Shown here piece after piece: positions 1 to 11,062 of a stretch of 64,000 nt of DNA; position 1 is the first letter of the stretch, and the number at the start of each line of letters is the position of its first letter. The notes under the pieces are model-generated. The model saw nothing but the letters and a program-made list of their open reading frames with translations, searched no databases and had not been told where the DNA came from. This DNA comes from Lingula anatina (taxonomy: Eukaryota; Animalia; Brachiopoda): assembly GCA_051362555.1 (NCBI GenBank), contig CM120640.1, positions 36,413,967 through 36,477,966 of the forward strand, read 5' to 3'. A program made the translations under genes and the position numbers.

Positions 1-436
1 GACATATCGCTTTTTGGTTGATTCGATACTCATTATTTTTTTCAGAGGGAAAATGACAACTATTCAAATGGTAAGCAAGATTAAGCACAAGTTGTTAAGC
101 ACCTATATTATGTGGTAAGGTAGACAACTGGATTATGTCGGATTCTAACAGGCCAATCATGAATTTCTCCATTTATAAATACCCATTTTACTTTGCTTAA
201 AGTCACATATTGTTACTACGTTACTATGGGGCCAAATTTACGTTGCCGTTTCAACATTCATCATTTTCGGCCATTCCTTTTCTTTGTAAATATAGTCCAG
301 CTGTTGGTCTAAGTTTTGTCTCTTTTAAAATGATAGCCGATCAGAAAACACATCATCCAGTTTTAAGGCAGGTTACACCACGCTAGGTATGTAGCACCCC
401 TAGCTCCATGTCTCTAGGCAATCAATATCACTATAC

Positions 437-522
437 CCTCAGATTCTCAATCTCATTCTCCATAGCTCTGCACTCATTGACCAACTCAGATTTCCAAAAG
501 TGGATGTCCGTAGAGCGCTCAC
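437..522 (-). CDS. Tektin alternative exon 3b (86 nt), paralogous to exon 3a
   Basis: ttcttcag|GT GAG CGC TCT...CTG AGG|gtatag; encodes GERSTDIHFWKSELVNECRAMENEIENLR. Same length and phases as exon 3a. Confidence 0.85.
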
Positions 523-2198
523 CTGAAGAAAAGGGCTCATGCATATACTAGTAGAAAGAGTGCCGCTAGGGAAACCACTAAAATAAACTGCGGCAGCGTG
601 TGAAGTGCAGCTATAGTTACATGCTGTGTTCAGGACTCTGTGCTCATAAGTGACAGTCAATCAAATTATATCAAAAGATTATAAGGAAAAAGCCAAAATA
701 TTTTACCAAAATATTTGCGAATTATTTTTTTTGCACAAGAGATTTTGCTAGCGTTTTGCATATTTCTTTATGTTATTAAATGGTAGTCAATTATGAGGAT
801 ATTGCCCTTCTAACACAACTAAAGCATACACGGAGGGTTGTCATGGATTACGTCAAAATCCATGACAAACCGCAAAGCAGGAAGGAGGGACCGTCTGTCT
901 GAAAAAAATGGAGAAAACGCACGCACAAAAGGGGAAAATCAAAATGAAGGAATTTTGATACCAGTACCTTCAGATTTTCAATTTCATTTTCCATAGCTCT
1001 ACATTCATTAACGAGCTCTTTTTTCCAAAAATCTATATCTTCCACTCTCTCGCCTGAAAACAAACATTATCAGTAGGATTAGTGGTAATAATTGCTTAAG
1101 TACACTCATGTGAAGAGACAGTCACATAGCAATGACTTAAGGATGAAAATCTTTATTCAAGTGACATATTATCAGATTATGAATTTTATTCTTCTGAGGC
1201 GAGAGGCTTTTGATTGCACAATGAAGTGCAAGTGTGTAAATGTAACATTGAGTGTTCAATGGATCATTATTATGAACCGATCACGTAAGCATTCTTGATA
1301 TTAACACTCTGTAGAGCAATTTGTAAAGTCGTTATCCACGTCTGTGAACTGAGCCCAAAAAACATTACATGAAACTGACATTTTTACATTTACTTCAATT
1401 CTAATTAAGTTTACGGGTCTATACAAAGTGACAATCTACAGGCCGTTTTTAAGTGTTTTTACCGGCCAAACGGCCGATTCCATAGTGGCTGTCAACCTAC
1501 TGTCACCTACCCAATCTCTTGGTGACATCAGCCTGTCTATTTCTGGTCCTGTGGTCGGTCTCCTTCACTGCCCGCCAGGCGTCAGCACGGAGACGTTCGG
1601 CGAAGGAACGCTCACGGTCGGACATGTGATAGTTAGCATGATTGGAGGAGCTCCAGTCGCCGTGAGAGAAGCGGTTGTACAGCTGCTGCCTGAATATTAA
1701 AAAAGCGATAAAATAGAAATAAATTATAATTTTCAAATTCATTATAAACATCATTATTAATCATTATTAATTGATTAATGACATTTATTTATGTAAACAT
1801 GGTTACTAACCATGATAAAACAGTCACGCTACTGAATGACATCTGGTCACTCACCAATAACATTAACATCATGTCACAAAGCAGACCTAGGACTTTGACT
1901 CAATCATAATAAACCGTTTCAATGGCATATTATATCAGAAAACAAAAAAAAATCATTGTAGGCTATTAATCTTTTTGGAGGCAATGTGCAACATGCACGT
2001 GGTCCTTCGCCACAAGTCGAGAGTGACAAGAAGTGTTCCTCACCTTGCAGGGTTGAAATATGTCCTGGCATGGCCAACGTCCTTGGTTGCTTTATGTCCG
2101 GTAGAGTAACCAATAGGAGCAATTCTGCCGATGTCAGGAGTCAGAGGAGTGGCGCTACGTGTGCGAACCACTGGGGAACTGGCGTAATACACTGCCAT
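437..2198 (-). CDS. TEKT3: Tektin-3/5-like ciliary microtubule inner protein, 5' part (gene continues past the window's left edge)
   Basis: Coding exons 2198-2044 (MAVYYASSPVV...YFNPAR), 1689-1511 (QQLYNRFSHGDWSSSNHANY...AERLRADAWRAVKETD...RQADVTKRL), then 1053-968 or 522-437 (GERxxDIxFWKxEL...). All introns are GT-AG and in phase. The W..SN..NY...ERLR and LGERV.DI.FWK.E motifs match tektin-3/5 N-termini. TEKT3 versus TEKT5 cannot be resolved. Confidence 0.88.
968..1053 (-). CDS. Tektin alternative exon 3a (86 nt)
   Basis: ttttcag|GC GAG AGA GTG...CTG AAG|gtactg; encodes GERVEDIDFWKKELVNECRAMENEIENLK. Confidence 0.88.
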
Positions 2199-4773
2199 CG
2201 TAAACTGAAGAAAAGAAAAGGCAATAACATTGTTAAATTTGTTGTTAAATATCAAAATCCAAGAACATAAACGGAAATCCTAAATTTTGGAATTTGAATT
2301 GTATCATATGATGAGCTCCGCTTGGTGTTTTTATTTTAAATAATCTCTGACCCCCCCTTTAATTGTATTTATTTTGAGTTTTATTGAACATTTTTATTCA
2401 AATAATTTTATTCCATTCAATAGACGTAAAAAAGTTTCTTTGTTGCTCTTTATAAATTGTATTCCAATTGTATTCCGCCAGACAAAATAAATAGCATTCA
2501 TCTCATAAATATAGATATAAGACATTATATCTATATTCAATGCCAACCCATGCTCCAGAAATAACACCTATTTGCATTGCCTTCAGGTTGTTTCATTAGC
2601 AGTAACTTTTCCGGCTTGAGTACCCTCGTTATTTAAACAGGCTCACATTAATATTTCATAACATCCACTTAATGGGCCTCAACAGAACACATTCCGCGTG
2701 TTTATCAATATTGAATACTCATTCACGGTGGTGTTTGCTGGCTGATTATCGGATACTTTCTGATTCATCTGCTAAAGCCGTGTTTAGACGGGCTTTCAAT
2801 AATGCAGGCCTCTCGAGTTATATCCAACCTCTTGTGTGTGTATTGCCTGACCGCCCGTGCAATGTGAGGGCCAGTAAAACCCTTCACGTTCACTTAACAG
2901 TGTTTGCAGCCGTCATTTCAAGTGGGAGAGTTATTGACTTGTAGTTCGCATCGAAAGCGTGACAGATCCAAGAATTACCGGCGTTCGTTTGGCTGGATCT
3001 TCATTTCTTACGACATGAGTGGTTTCAAGTACCAGTGCGTTGCTATGAGCAAACTATTGAAGACATTTATGGCAAAGCGAGTTGCTTGCATTGTAACAGC
3101 TGATTTTGTCTCACTGCGTACCTATCGGGCAATTGATCCCGCGCGATTTTTGGTGAGTAAGAAAAATCCATGGATATTTTTGGTCACAGAATAGGAGAAT
3201 GAGAAGACTCGACTGCTCCTTGCCGGAATATTGATAAATGTGGAATTGTTCAAGAAGCGCTACCTTTATCCAATTACCACAATGATAATAACATCGATAA
3301 ACCAGCGCGAAATACCGCAGTTTCCTTCTTTCAGTCGTGAATAAAGGGAAGATCGATAGTTAATAATCTCTACCCGTTGCCATTTCGTCTTAATTAATCT
3401 GCAGCAAGAAGCATGAATTAAATATCAGGTGTACGAATCATCGTCCAGCATAAAGGCGTTAAAACCAAATGACTGAACGAGGTTTAATCTTATAAAAATT
3501 GGAGCAAGCCGCTGACAAGGGTTTTATTTTGATTAAAATAAATTAAGTAAATTGCAAAAGAAAAGTTGGTCATATTGACAAAATCAGAGAAATAACAAGA
3601 ACGATACGTCTGTTATCAAAGTTCAAAAGCTTTTTGGATCGATCTTGTACTTTTTAACAATAAGATCAATCTCTGCTTTCAAACATTATCGATTGCCGAT
3701 CACCCGACCAAAGCCTAATCTGTACCCATAGCTTCAGGGCAATCGATGAGGTTGAGAGGGAAAACTATTAGGAGACAACTTTAGAGCTTTCGTTCAGGTT
3801 GTCACAACAAACTGGCGATTCTAACCATTTTCGTTTTTTTATCACATTTTAAGCCTATTTTGTTTTGTTCATTTGTTCATACTGTTGTTTACTACTTTCA
3901 TACGTATTTTCATCATATTTAAGATTGTGAAATGTACTGTAGTTTCCCCCCATAATATACTTCTTGCATTTTAGCTATTTTAGTTAAAATGTAGCGATGT
4001 TGATTTGAAAATGATGTATTTTATCGGTCTTTTTTTCTGTTATCCAAAACATATTATAAATAAACATTTCAACATATCTTCTTTAAACTATGATGCCATC
4101 TATTGCAAAATGATGATGTTACTCATTATCATGTTTAGACCGTAAAATCTAATTTGAAACCCTCGCTTTAATAAATTTTTTCATTACAATTTAAATTACT
4201 GCACCATGGAATTTGTCCAATTATTTTGATATTACGAAAATCCTGTGAGGAGATAAGATATTCCATTTATCAAAAAATGTTGGCAGTTCTCTTTCTCTCT
4301 CAATCTCGTGTTCCAATTACTGGTATTAGAAAACTAAAAGTTATAATGCCGTTGTAACAGATATTAATTTCATCAATGAAAGTCGGCGTCTTTTTAACAC
4401 TTTCATCACTGTTATACAAGATTCTGATAATTTATGGTTGCTACTTCAAAACTTATGACCGAAATACGCTTTAAGTCCTAAATTGGAGTAGAGGAACATA
4501 ACTTTGACCATAGTAATACTATCAAAGAGACATGGCACGGCCAGTTGAACCTCTTATGAATGAAAAAAGCAAACAATCGAGATGAAATACTGATATGATA
4601 CAAACATTTCTTACCTTGGTGTGTCTATTTGGGTTCTACAAAGGCTAGACTAAACTACAACAAGGCGAGCAGCCCACGTGTATGATTTCTTGCCGAGATT
4701 GAACAATAACTAAACAAAGTTGTAAAGGCTGGGCCTCATATAGAGGCCTGGCGTCCATGGTGATCGCCCTAAC

Positions 4774-5840
4774 TACGACGGTCACGTGGACCACCCCTTT
4801 TATCAACAGGCGGATTAATCAATTAAATGTAAATAAATAAAAACAATATGGCGGGTCCGCCCGGGGAACGATTGCCGTGGCGAGGATTTTTAGATCGACA
4901 AAAACATTGTTTGAATGGGATTTTCTTATCCACATCAGCTCATTTCGGTGATTTGGATGACGCAAAACTGACCTCCGATATTTGATTCTGCAATCGCTTG
5001 CGAAGGAGAGCAAAACTCTTTCAAAACCAGAAGAGACTACGTCCAACGAAACTTAGCACAGCATTCGCCGTTCAATTTAAAATGTTCAGGATGAGAATGA
5101 TTTGAGCTGTACACATATTTCAATTTCACATAAAAAGGTGTGGATTTTCAAACTGGGCTAACGAAGAAAATTCGTGATCTTGCAGGAGGATGTATAAAGG
5201 ATTTGTCGACAATAGGGCGGCTTCTCTATGTAACACCAACTAGACATAAAATGGAAAGAGTCAAATACTGCCATTTTACTTCCATTTATGGATTTCAGGT
5301 AATACTTTGGGTGATTTCTTGTACTGTTTTGTTAGATCGTCTGACAATCCTGACAATGTTTGGTCAACTTTAAGAACTAAAATGGTAGACATATCGGACA
5401 TTTAAAAGCATCTGTCGCAATATGCCAGTTGGACTTTGTGCAAACTTTTAACTATTTCAAATAAAACTTAAAACCAAATTTATTTCATATTCCCTTTCTT
5501 CATTGATACAAAATTGCGTTGTATTTTGGTTTTACTTTCTCCATACATTTCAATGTGTTTATTTTTATTATTTTAGTCGAAAATTTCTGGTTTAGTCTCC
5601 GTTCAAAGTGTACTCTTCATAAGATTTTAGTCTATCTAAACGCTTTATATAACTAAATAACTAGCAATACAAGGGTTTTTCGCTCACTGACAAAAAGTGA
5701 ATGAATTGTTCCTCTTTTTTTATACAAATGGGATATGTTTGTATCTGTTCCTAATCCTCGTTCTACATTTCAAAGACTGATTTTTACAACGTAGTATCTC
5801 AAATGGTAAAACATATTCATTGGCCCACGTTTCCTCCGTA
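4774..5840. mobile_element. Possible degenerate non-autonomous DNA transposon (Kolobok-like ends)
   Basis: Imperfect terminal inverted repeats: tacgacggtcacgtggacca (4774-4793) versus the reverse complement of 5821-5840, tacggaggaaacgtgggcca, 15/20 identical. No clean TSD. Confidence 0.3.
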
Positions 5841-6023
5841 AGGGAAATAAAAATATTTCGTACTAAGTCCTATTGGAAAAAATAATATTACCTCAAAAAA
5901 CATTACACATCTCAAATATCATAAGCAAGATTAATCACTATAGTATCAATGTTAGCAGCAATGAGCAATTATAGATTTTTTTCACTGATCTTTAAAACTG
6001 TGGTGACGTCATAAGATGCTTGA

Positions 6024-7344
6024 ATAAACTCAGTGAGATCACCGCGATAAAATGGGAAACTTTAGGATTTTGATGTATCTCAAAAAATCCTTGGCAAGTT
6101 GTTTCAGTCAACGCACCTGCTACTCTATGAAGTAAACAGGCCGCCTTTATGTACTGAATATCAAAAGGTTTCCATTTGTAAAATGAACATGCGATTAAAC
6201 ACTTTGTAAGTCCTGTTTGGGCATAAAGTGTTGCTTCTTGTCGGGGCTTAATCGCTTTGTTCTGTGTGAAAGAAAATTTGTTTTAGAATAACATGGCATT
6301 TTGAGCACTGGTGCTTTTCACAAGGAAAGGTTGACTCCGACGCGTTTATCAACCGCGTTGTAATGGTGTCGATACTGCTAATGCAAAGGAAGGAAAGTTT
6401 GCTGCTCTACGCCGTATTGTTAATTTCTAATCGACTGTGACTTCTGAAAAAACATCTCTAAGTAATTAATATTTCGGCCTTTCTAAGTACCTGGCTCACG
6501 AGGTATGGGGTAACTTGCTCTTTGACTTTTTTACTTAGATAAAATTGTGTAATGCTGTTGTTGTTTTTTTCACTTAATTAATTTCTAGGTTAGGGCCGTT
6601 GGCATAGAGACAGCTTTCCCTTTCTCTATAGCTTTTATTAGATTTAAGAAAACGAGTACAAATTTTATTTTTCCCCCATGTTATGTGTGTTGCACTTTGC
6701 TGTAATCTGAAGCATGTTCTTATTCCTAAATATGTTTTTTTAATGCTAACCAATTGGATTTTAACATTTATAGCTACCTGAGTAATTTTCCCAATTCAAT
6801 CTTATCGAATTTTATCACAAATTTTGACCTGGTGTTTGCATATCCTCAACCCCACCCGGGGGCGCTTATCAAGATAAGTAAATTACTAAGCAATGCACAC
6901 CGGATTTGTCTGTTTGTGCGTAAGGACAAATAGACATATACAATATGATTAGGAATATAAGTTAAAATAAACTCTAGCCATTTTTTTGTGTCTAGAGTTT
7001 ATACGATGTCAACTTGCTCAGGCGTCATGTCAAATTTGGAGATAATCCTTCTGTCACCGCGCAGTTGCCGAGTTACTTAAAAGATTAAACTAATATCAAA
7101 AATAATGTCTCCTGTCACAAATAAAAGCGGCCAAATATTATTTCGATTTTAAGCGAACTGGTTTTTAACACGAGACCCTATCTCATTAACCTCTGCGTTG
7201 ATTTAAGTCAGGAAAGTAAATCAACAGTGTGTACATTTCAGACTTGGCCCCGTTTACCATTTGACAAAGGCGTAAACAGTTTTTCATTTACTTGGAACTA
7301 AATCTTAGTTTCCCATTTTATCACCGTGATCTCACTGAGTTTAT
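6024..7344. mobile_element. ~1.3-kb non-autonomous TIR DNA transposon, probably TTAA-targeting
   Basis: ~38-bp TIRs ataaactcagtgagatcac(c/g)g(c/t)gataaaatgggaaact with 2 mismatches. Flanks are TTGA (6020-6023) and TTAA (7345-7348). No internal ORF. Confidence 0.7.
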
Positions 7345-7351
7345 TTAATCT

Positions 7352-7431
7352 CACACACACACACACACACACACACATACGGTCATTTACACACACATAA
7401 ACTTTAATTTACACACACATAAACTTTAATT
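7352..7431. repeat. (CA)n microsatellite followed by a short tandem duplication (tttacacacacataaactttaat x2)
   Basis: Read directly from the sequence. Confidence 0.85.
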
Positions 7432-10400
7432 GACAATCTACGTATCACCAGTTAGCAATGATCAGATTTATAATCTATATTCAACTCTTCTCTACAAATC
7501 GACACTGAATATCAATAGCACAGTGCTATAAAGACTTGATTCAAGGACTGACAAGTAAGATTAATGAAGCTAGTTCATGTAACTTAACACTGAAGAGTAG
7601 ATTCTGGTATTAAAGAAAGTGTTTGCAGCTCAAACAGTATTACTTCATAACTTAGCATGCGCAAAGGAGTTGCAACTAATTCGGCAATATAAAATGCCAG
7701 TAAATGTGTAACATAGAGTTTGGCGCAGCACTTGGTTACGCTAACAAAAAGTCGGAAATTATTATGTTTTTTTCCTTATAAATCATTGCCCGTCAAGTCT
7801 TAAAGGTGTCGGAATGTCACCGAGCAAAAGTAATGCATAGTTATGTTTCTTGAAGTACAACTCAGATTACAGCCTGCAAGTGCGACTTTTCGTTGCTATG
7901 GGCGCCATGCGTGGTGTTCGGTTACAAATCAATGGGGAATAAGTTATTTTTTGCGCAAATTTCCGCAACAAAGTACTGAAACATTGCTCTAATCGATCCC
8001 CACCCGGTGCTACCCAAAGTATATACAAAAACTTGATGAAAAGTGTTTAAAACAGAAAAAATCCTCACCTACCTTCGGATGTGAAGCACTCAGCCTACGA
8101 CGCTCAATGGGTATAATTGGTAACGAAGGGAAATCTCAAACCCTTAATGAGCATGCGCGACGGATGAATAGGTTATTTATTATTCTGGCTTTATTGGTTG
8201 ATCAATACGGTGTGTATGGGCTGCGTATTATTCGCACCTATAGCTTTTGTGAGTTATGGTAAATGACATTGTATTCGACAACGCTTTGAATAATATTGGG
8301 GGACTTAATAGAGGCGGTGATCTCATGACATGCGAGTTATTACCGACAGTAAAAGCAAACAATATCTGACCAACGATTATGCGTCAGAAATGTTAGAGGC
8401 ACTGAATAAAGAGCCGCGTGGTCTTATTTGTTCCGCGGTGACGCAAGTCCTGTCATAGCACTAAACGGCCTGTAATGCATGGTTACATCGGACGCTGAAC
8501 CTCTTTAACAACTGACCCGAGTAGCTATGGCGATGTTTAGTGAAATCATTCTACTTCTTATCATTCTTTAGTCACAATAGAAATGGGTATATTAACAAAA
8601 TAGCATTCAAGTTATATCTAAATGTTTTCAGAACAAAGTTCAATTTCGGTGGCAACAGGCCTGAAGTGAACTTGATGCTCCAGCGATACAAGGGCATGTT
8701 CAGGATTTCTGTAATATGATTACAGAAACTTGGCAAGCTTGGAGGGAGAATATCTTTCTCGATTTGTAGGAAGCAACTTAACCAGTGTTTCATTTAATAT
8801 TTAATATATGGGTTGGGTTGTTTTGCATTGCTTATTTATTGTTTTTCATTCATTCATTCATTTGTTTATTTATTTATTTTCAATCGAAGCGGGCGTGGCG
8901 CGGTAGTCTAGTATCTGGAGAATGTTCTCAAGGGTATTCGTACGGCAGAAAATCAATGACAACTATCGGAATTTATCTCAAGTCTCTCTGAATGTGAATT
9001 TGCTCATCGCGCCAGATTATCGCATCGTTTTGCATACAAGATATGAGTTAGCCGACCATATGGATATCAGTAAATGTTTAAGTTGTATATAGGCAATTTC
9101 TCATTTCATATTTCTACTGTCGCTTCGAACAGTGGGTGCAACTGAATAATCGTGCTTTTTCAAATATTGGAATTCTGTGCTGGCGCTTGTTATGTCATTC
9201 GTTCTTATGTTTTCTGAATACACACATTTTATTAATTAAGTGGATTTTTATCCTGAAACCTTATTCATATTTTTTTTTGTACCAGTGGAACAGTAAAATA
9301 AAATAAGTGATTGTAAAAATAAATAAATAAAAACTGCGTCGACTGATAAAAAGAAACATTTTATTACAATCCGTTGTATTTATTTCAATAATTTACCGGA
9401 GACACGCTTTTTACATATGATGAATCTCTCTTCTGATAACTCATCCCATCACAAAGAAAAAAACAACATGATAACAATGAACAAAAAAAAAACTACAATA
9501 TAATTCAAAGTAATAATGTAACATGGTGCCCCAAAATATCATTCCAAGGTACCTAAAAACTGACAGGCTAATAAATTAATTTTATTCAATTGCGCCATTT
9601 TTGCCGCTCTTTTGTCCACAGCCAAATAAAAACAAAATAATAAAAGCTGAGGCAATGTCATTAAAACACCATGTCAAATGTAAGTATTATCTAAAACAAA
9701 ACAGAAACAACAATAAGTTAAAAGTGAATCCATAAAATAAAACACTACCACAACCGCAAGTTACAGGCCCATGTTTCTCTCTAACAAGACCTTGTATTGA
9801 GCAACTACATCAAAACGATATCCATCTACTTTGTAGATTCTTGGGTATAAAATGTTCCACTTAAATGCTCCTATTATCCTATCTATAAGTCTATGTGTTT
9901 CAAAGAAACAAGAAACATTCTTCTACACTAATATCTGGACACATGTTCAATAAAACAAATCAAGTAAGCTTCTGAGGCGATATGTAAGGGCCCCTGGTTA
10001 TAGTTTATCGACTAGGGCATTCGCCAGAGATCATTGGTTCCCAAATAAGCTTATCCTTCTCATGCCAGTTCTTAGGGGGTAAGTTGCCTGCCCCTCTTGT
10101 CGTATTTAGGTACCGTAGGTACCATTCCGTTTTAATTCTTTTAACCAAGACGAGCAAGCTGTCTCAAAGGGGCGAGCGCTGGAATACAGACGGAGTTTCT
10201 CTGACCAGCAATCCGTATTCTTGTTTACACATTAAAATGCAATGCCTGAATAGAAATCCTTTCTGTTAAAGTGCTGCCAGCACGTAAATATTCACGTGCG
10301 CGATTTTTACGAGCATGGCTGGATTATCCAAGCACAAAATCCTTAACCTTCTTTGTTCTAAAGCTCTAATTTATATCAAATTTCAGTCATAGATTTTCGT

Positions 10401-10473
10401 ACTGCAATATAAATCTTCCATACATATCGATATCTACATAAATAAGTTCTCACTTTCCGAGAGAAACTCAGTA

Positions 10474-11025
10474 TCACGAGAGTCCTTTATTCCCGTTACT
10501 TTCCTCCACTTCCATAGTGCACGTTGCACCGTGCAGCTGAGGCAGCACAACAGCCTCTGGGTCTGTCTTAACCTTGACACTGCCAGTGAATTTCATTCCC
10601 GCTAATGACAAGTCTGTTGGCTGATCCTGATCCTCAGAGGATCCAAAAGAGTCCGATTCCGAGGGAAAACAAGACCTGTCACTATTTCTGTACAAAGAGG
10701 AATGTTCCATGGATACAGGGGCGGGGTCTAAAGTCCTGCCGCTTTCCTCGAGGGATTCGTCACCGGAGTACGGACTGTAAGCCTCCTCTTCATTCGCGCT
10801 GTGTTCCGCGGTTGTGGTGGTCTGATTTGCAGTAGGCCTTGGGTGAAGTTTTGCACCTCGTCTGGCACGCTTGATCTCCATTGGATGATGAAGGAATCTA
10901 TGAAAAAAGAAAAATGGTTGAATCCCATTCTTATTTATCTATTTATTTGATCAATGTTTTTTATGTGACATTCTCTTTGTATGTATATTCGTATTGTATA
11001 ATTATTATTAATATAATAATAATTA

Positions 11026-11062
<37 letters not shown>

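Noticed and set aside
439-660. 73-aa minus-strand ORF from the track
   Set aside because: Wrong frame; the real coding frame is tektin exon 3b (522-437).
2508-2537. AT-rich palindrome aatatagatataa-gaca-ttatatctatatt
   Set aside because: Low complexity and no TSD; could be chance or an unrecognisable MITE relic.
3039-3097. X-box-like sequences upstream of tektin (GTTGCTATGAGCAAAC, GTTGCTTGCATTGTAAC)
   Set aside because: Spacing and half-sites deviate from the consensus and the TSS is unknown. Plausible but not supportable.
7800-8508. Possible Kolobok-like element (ttaaaggtgtc ... gaacctctttaa)
   Set aside because: The inverted match beyond ttaaag is too weak to call.
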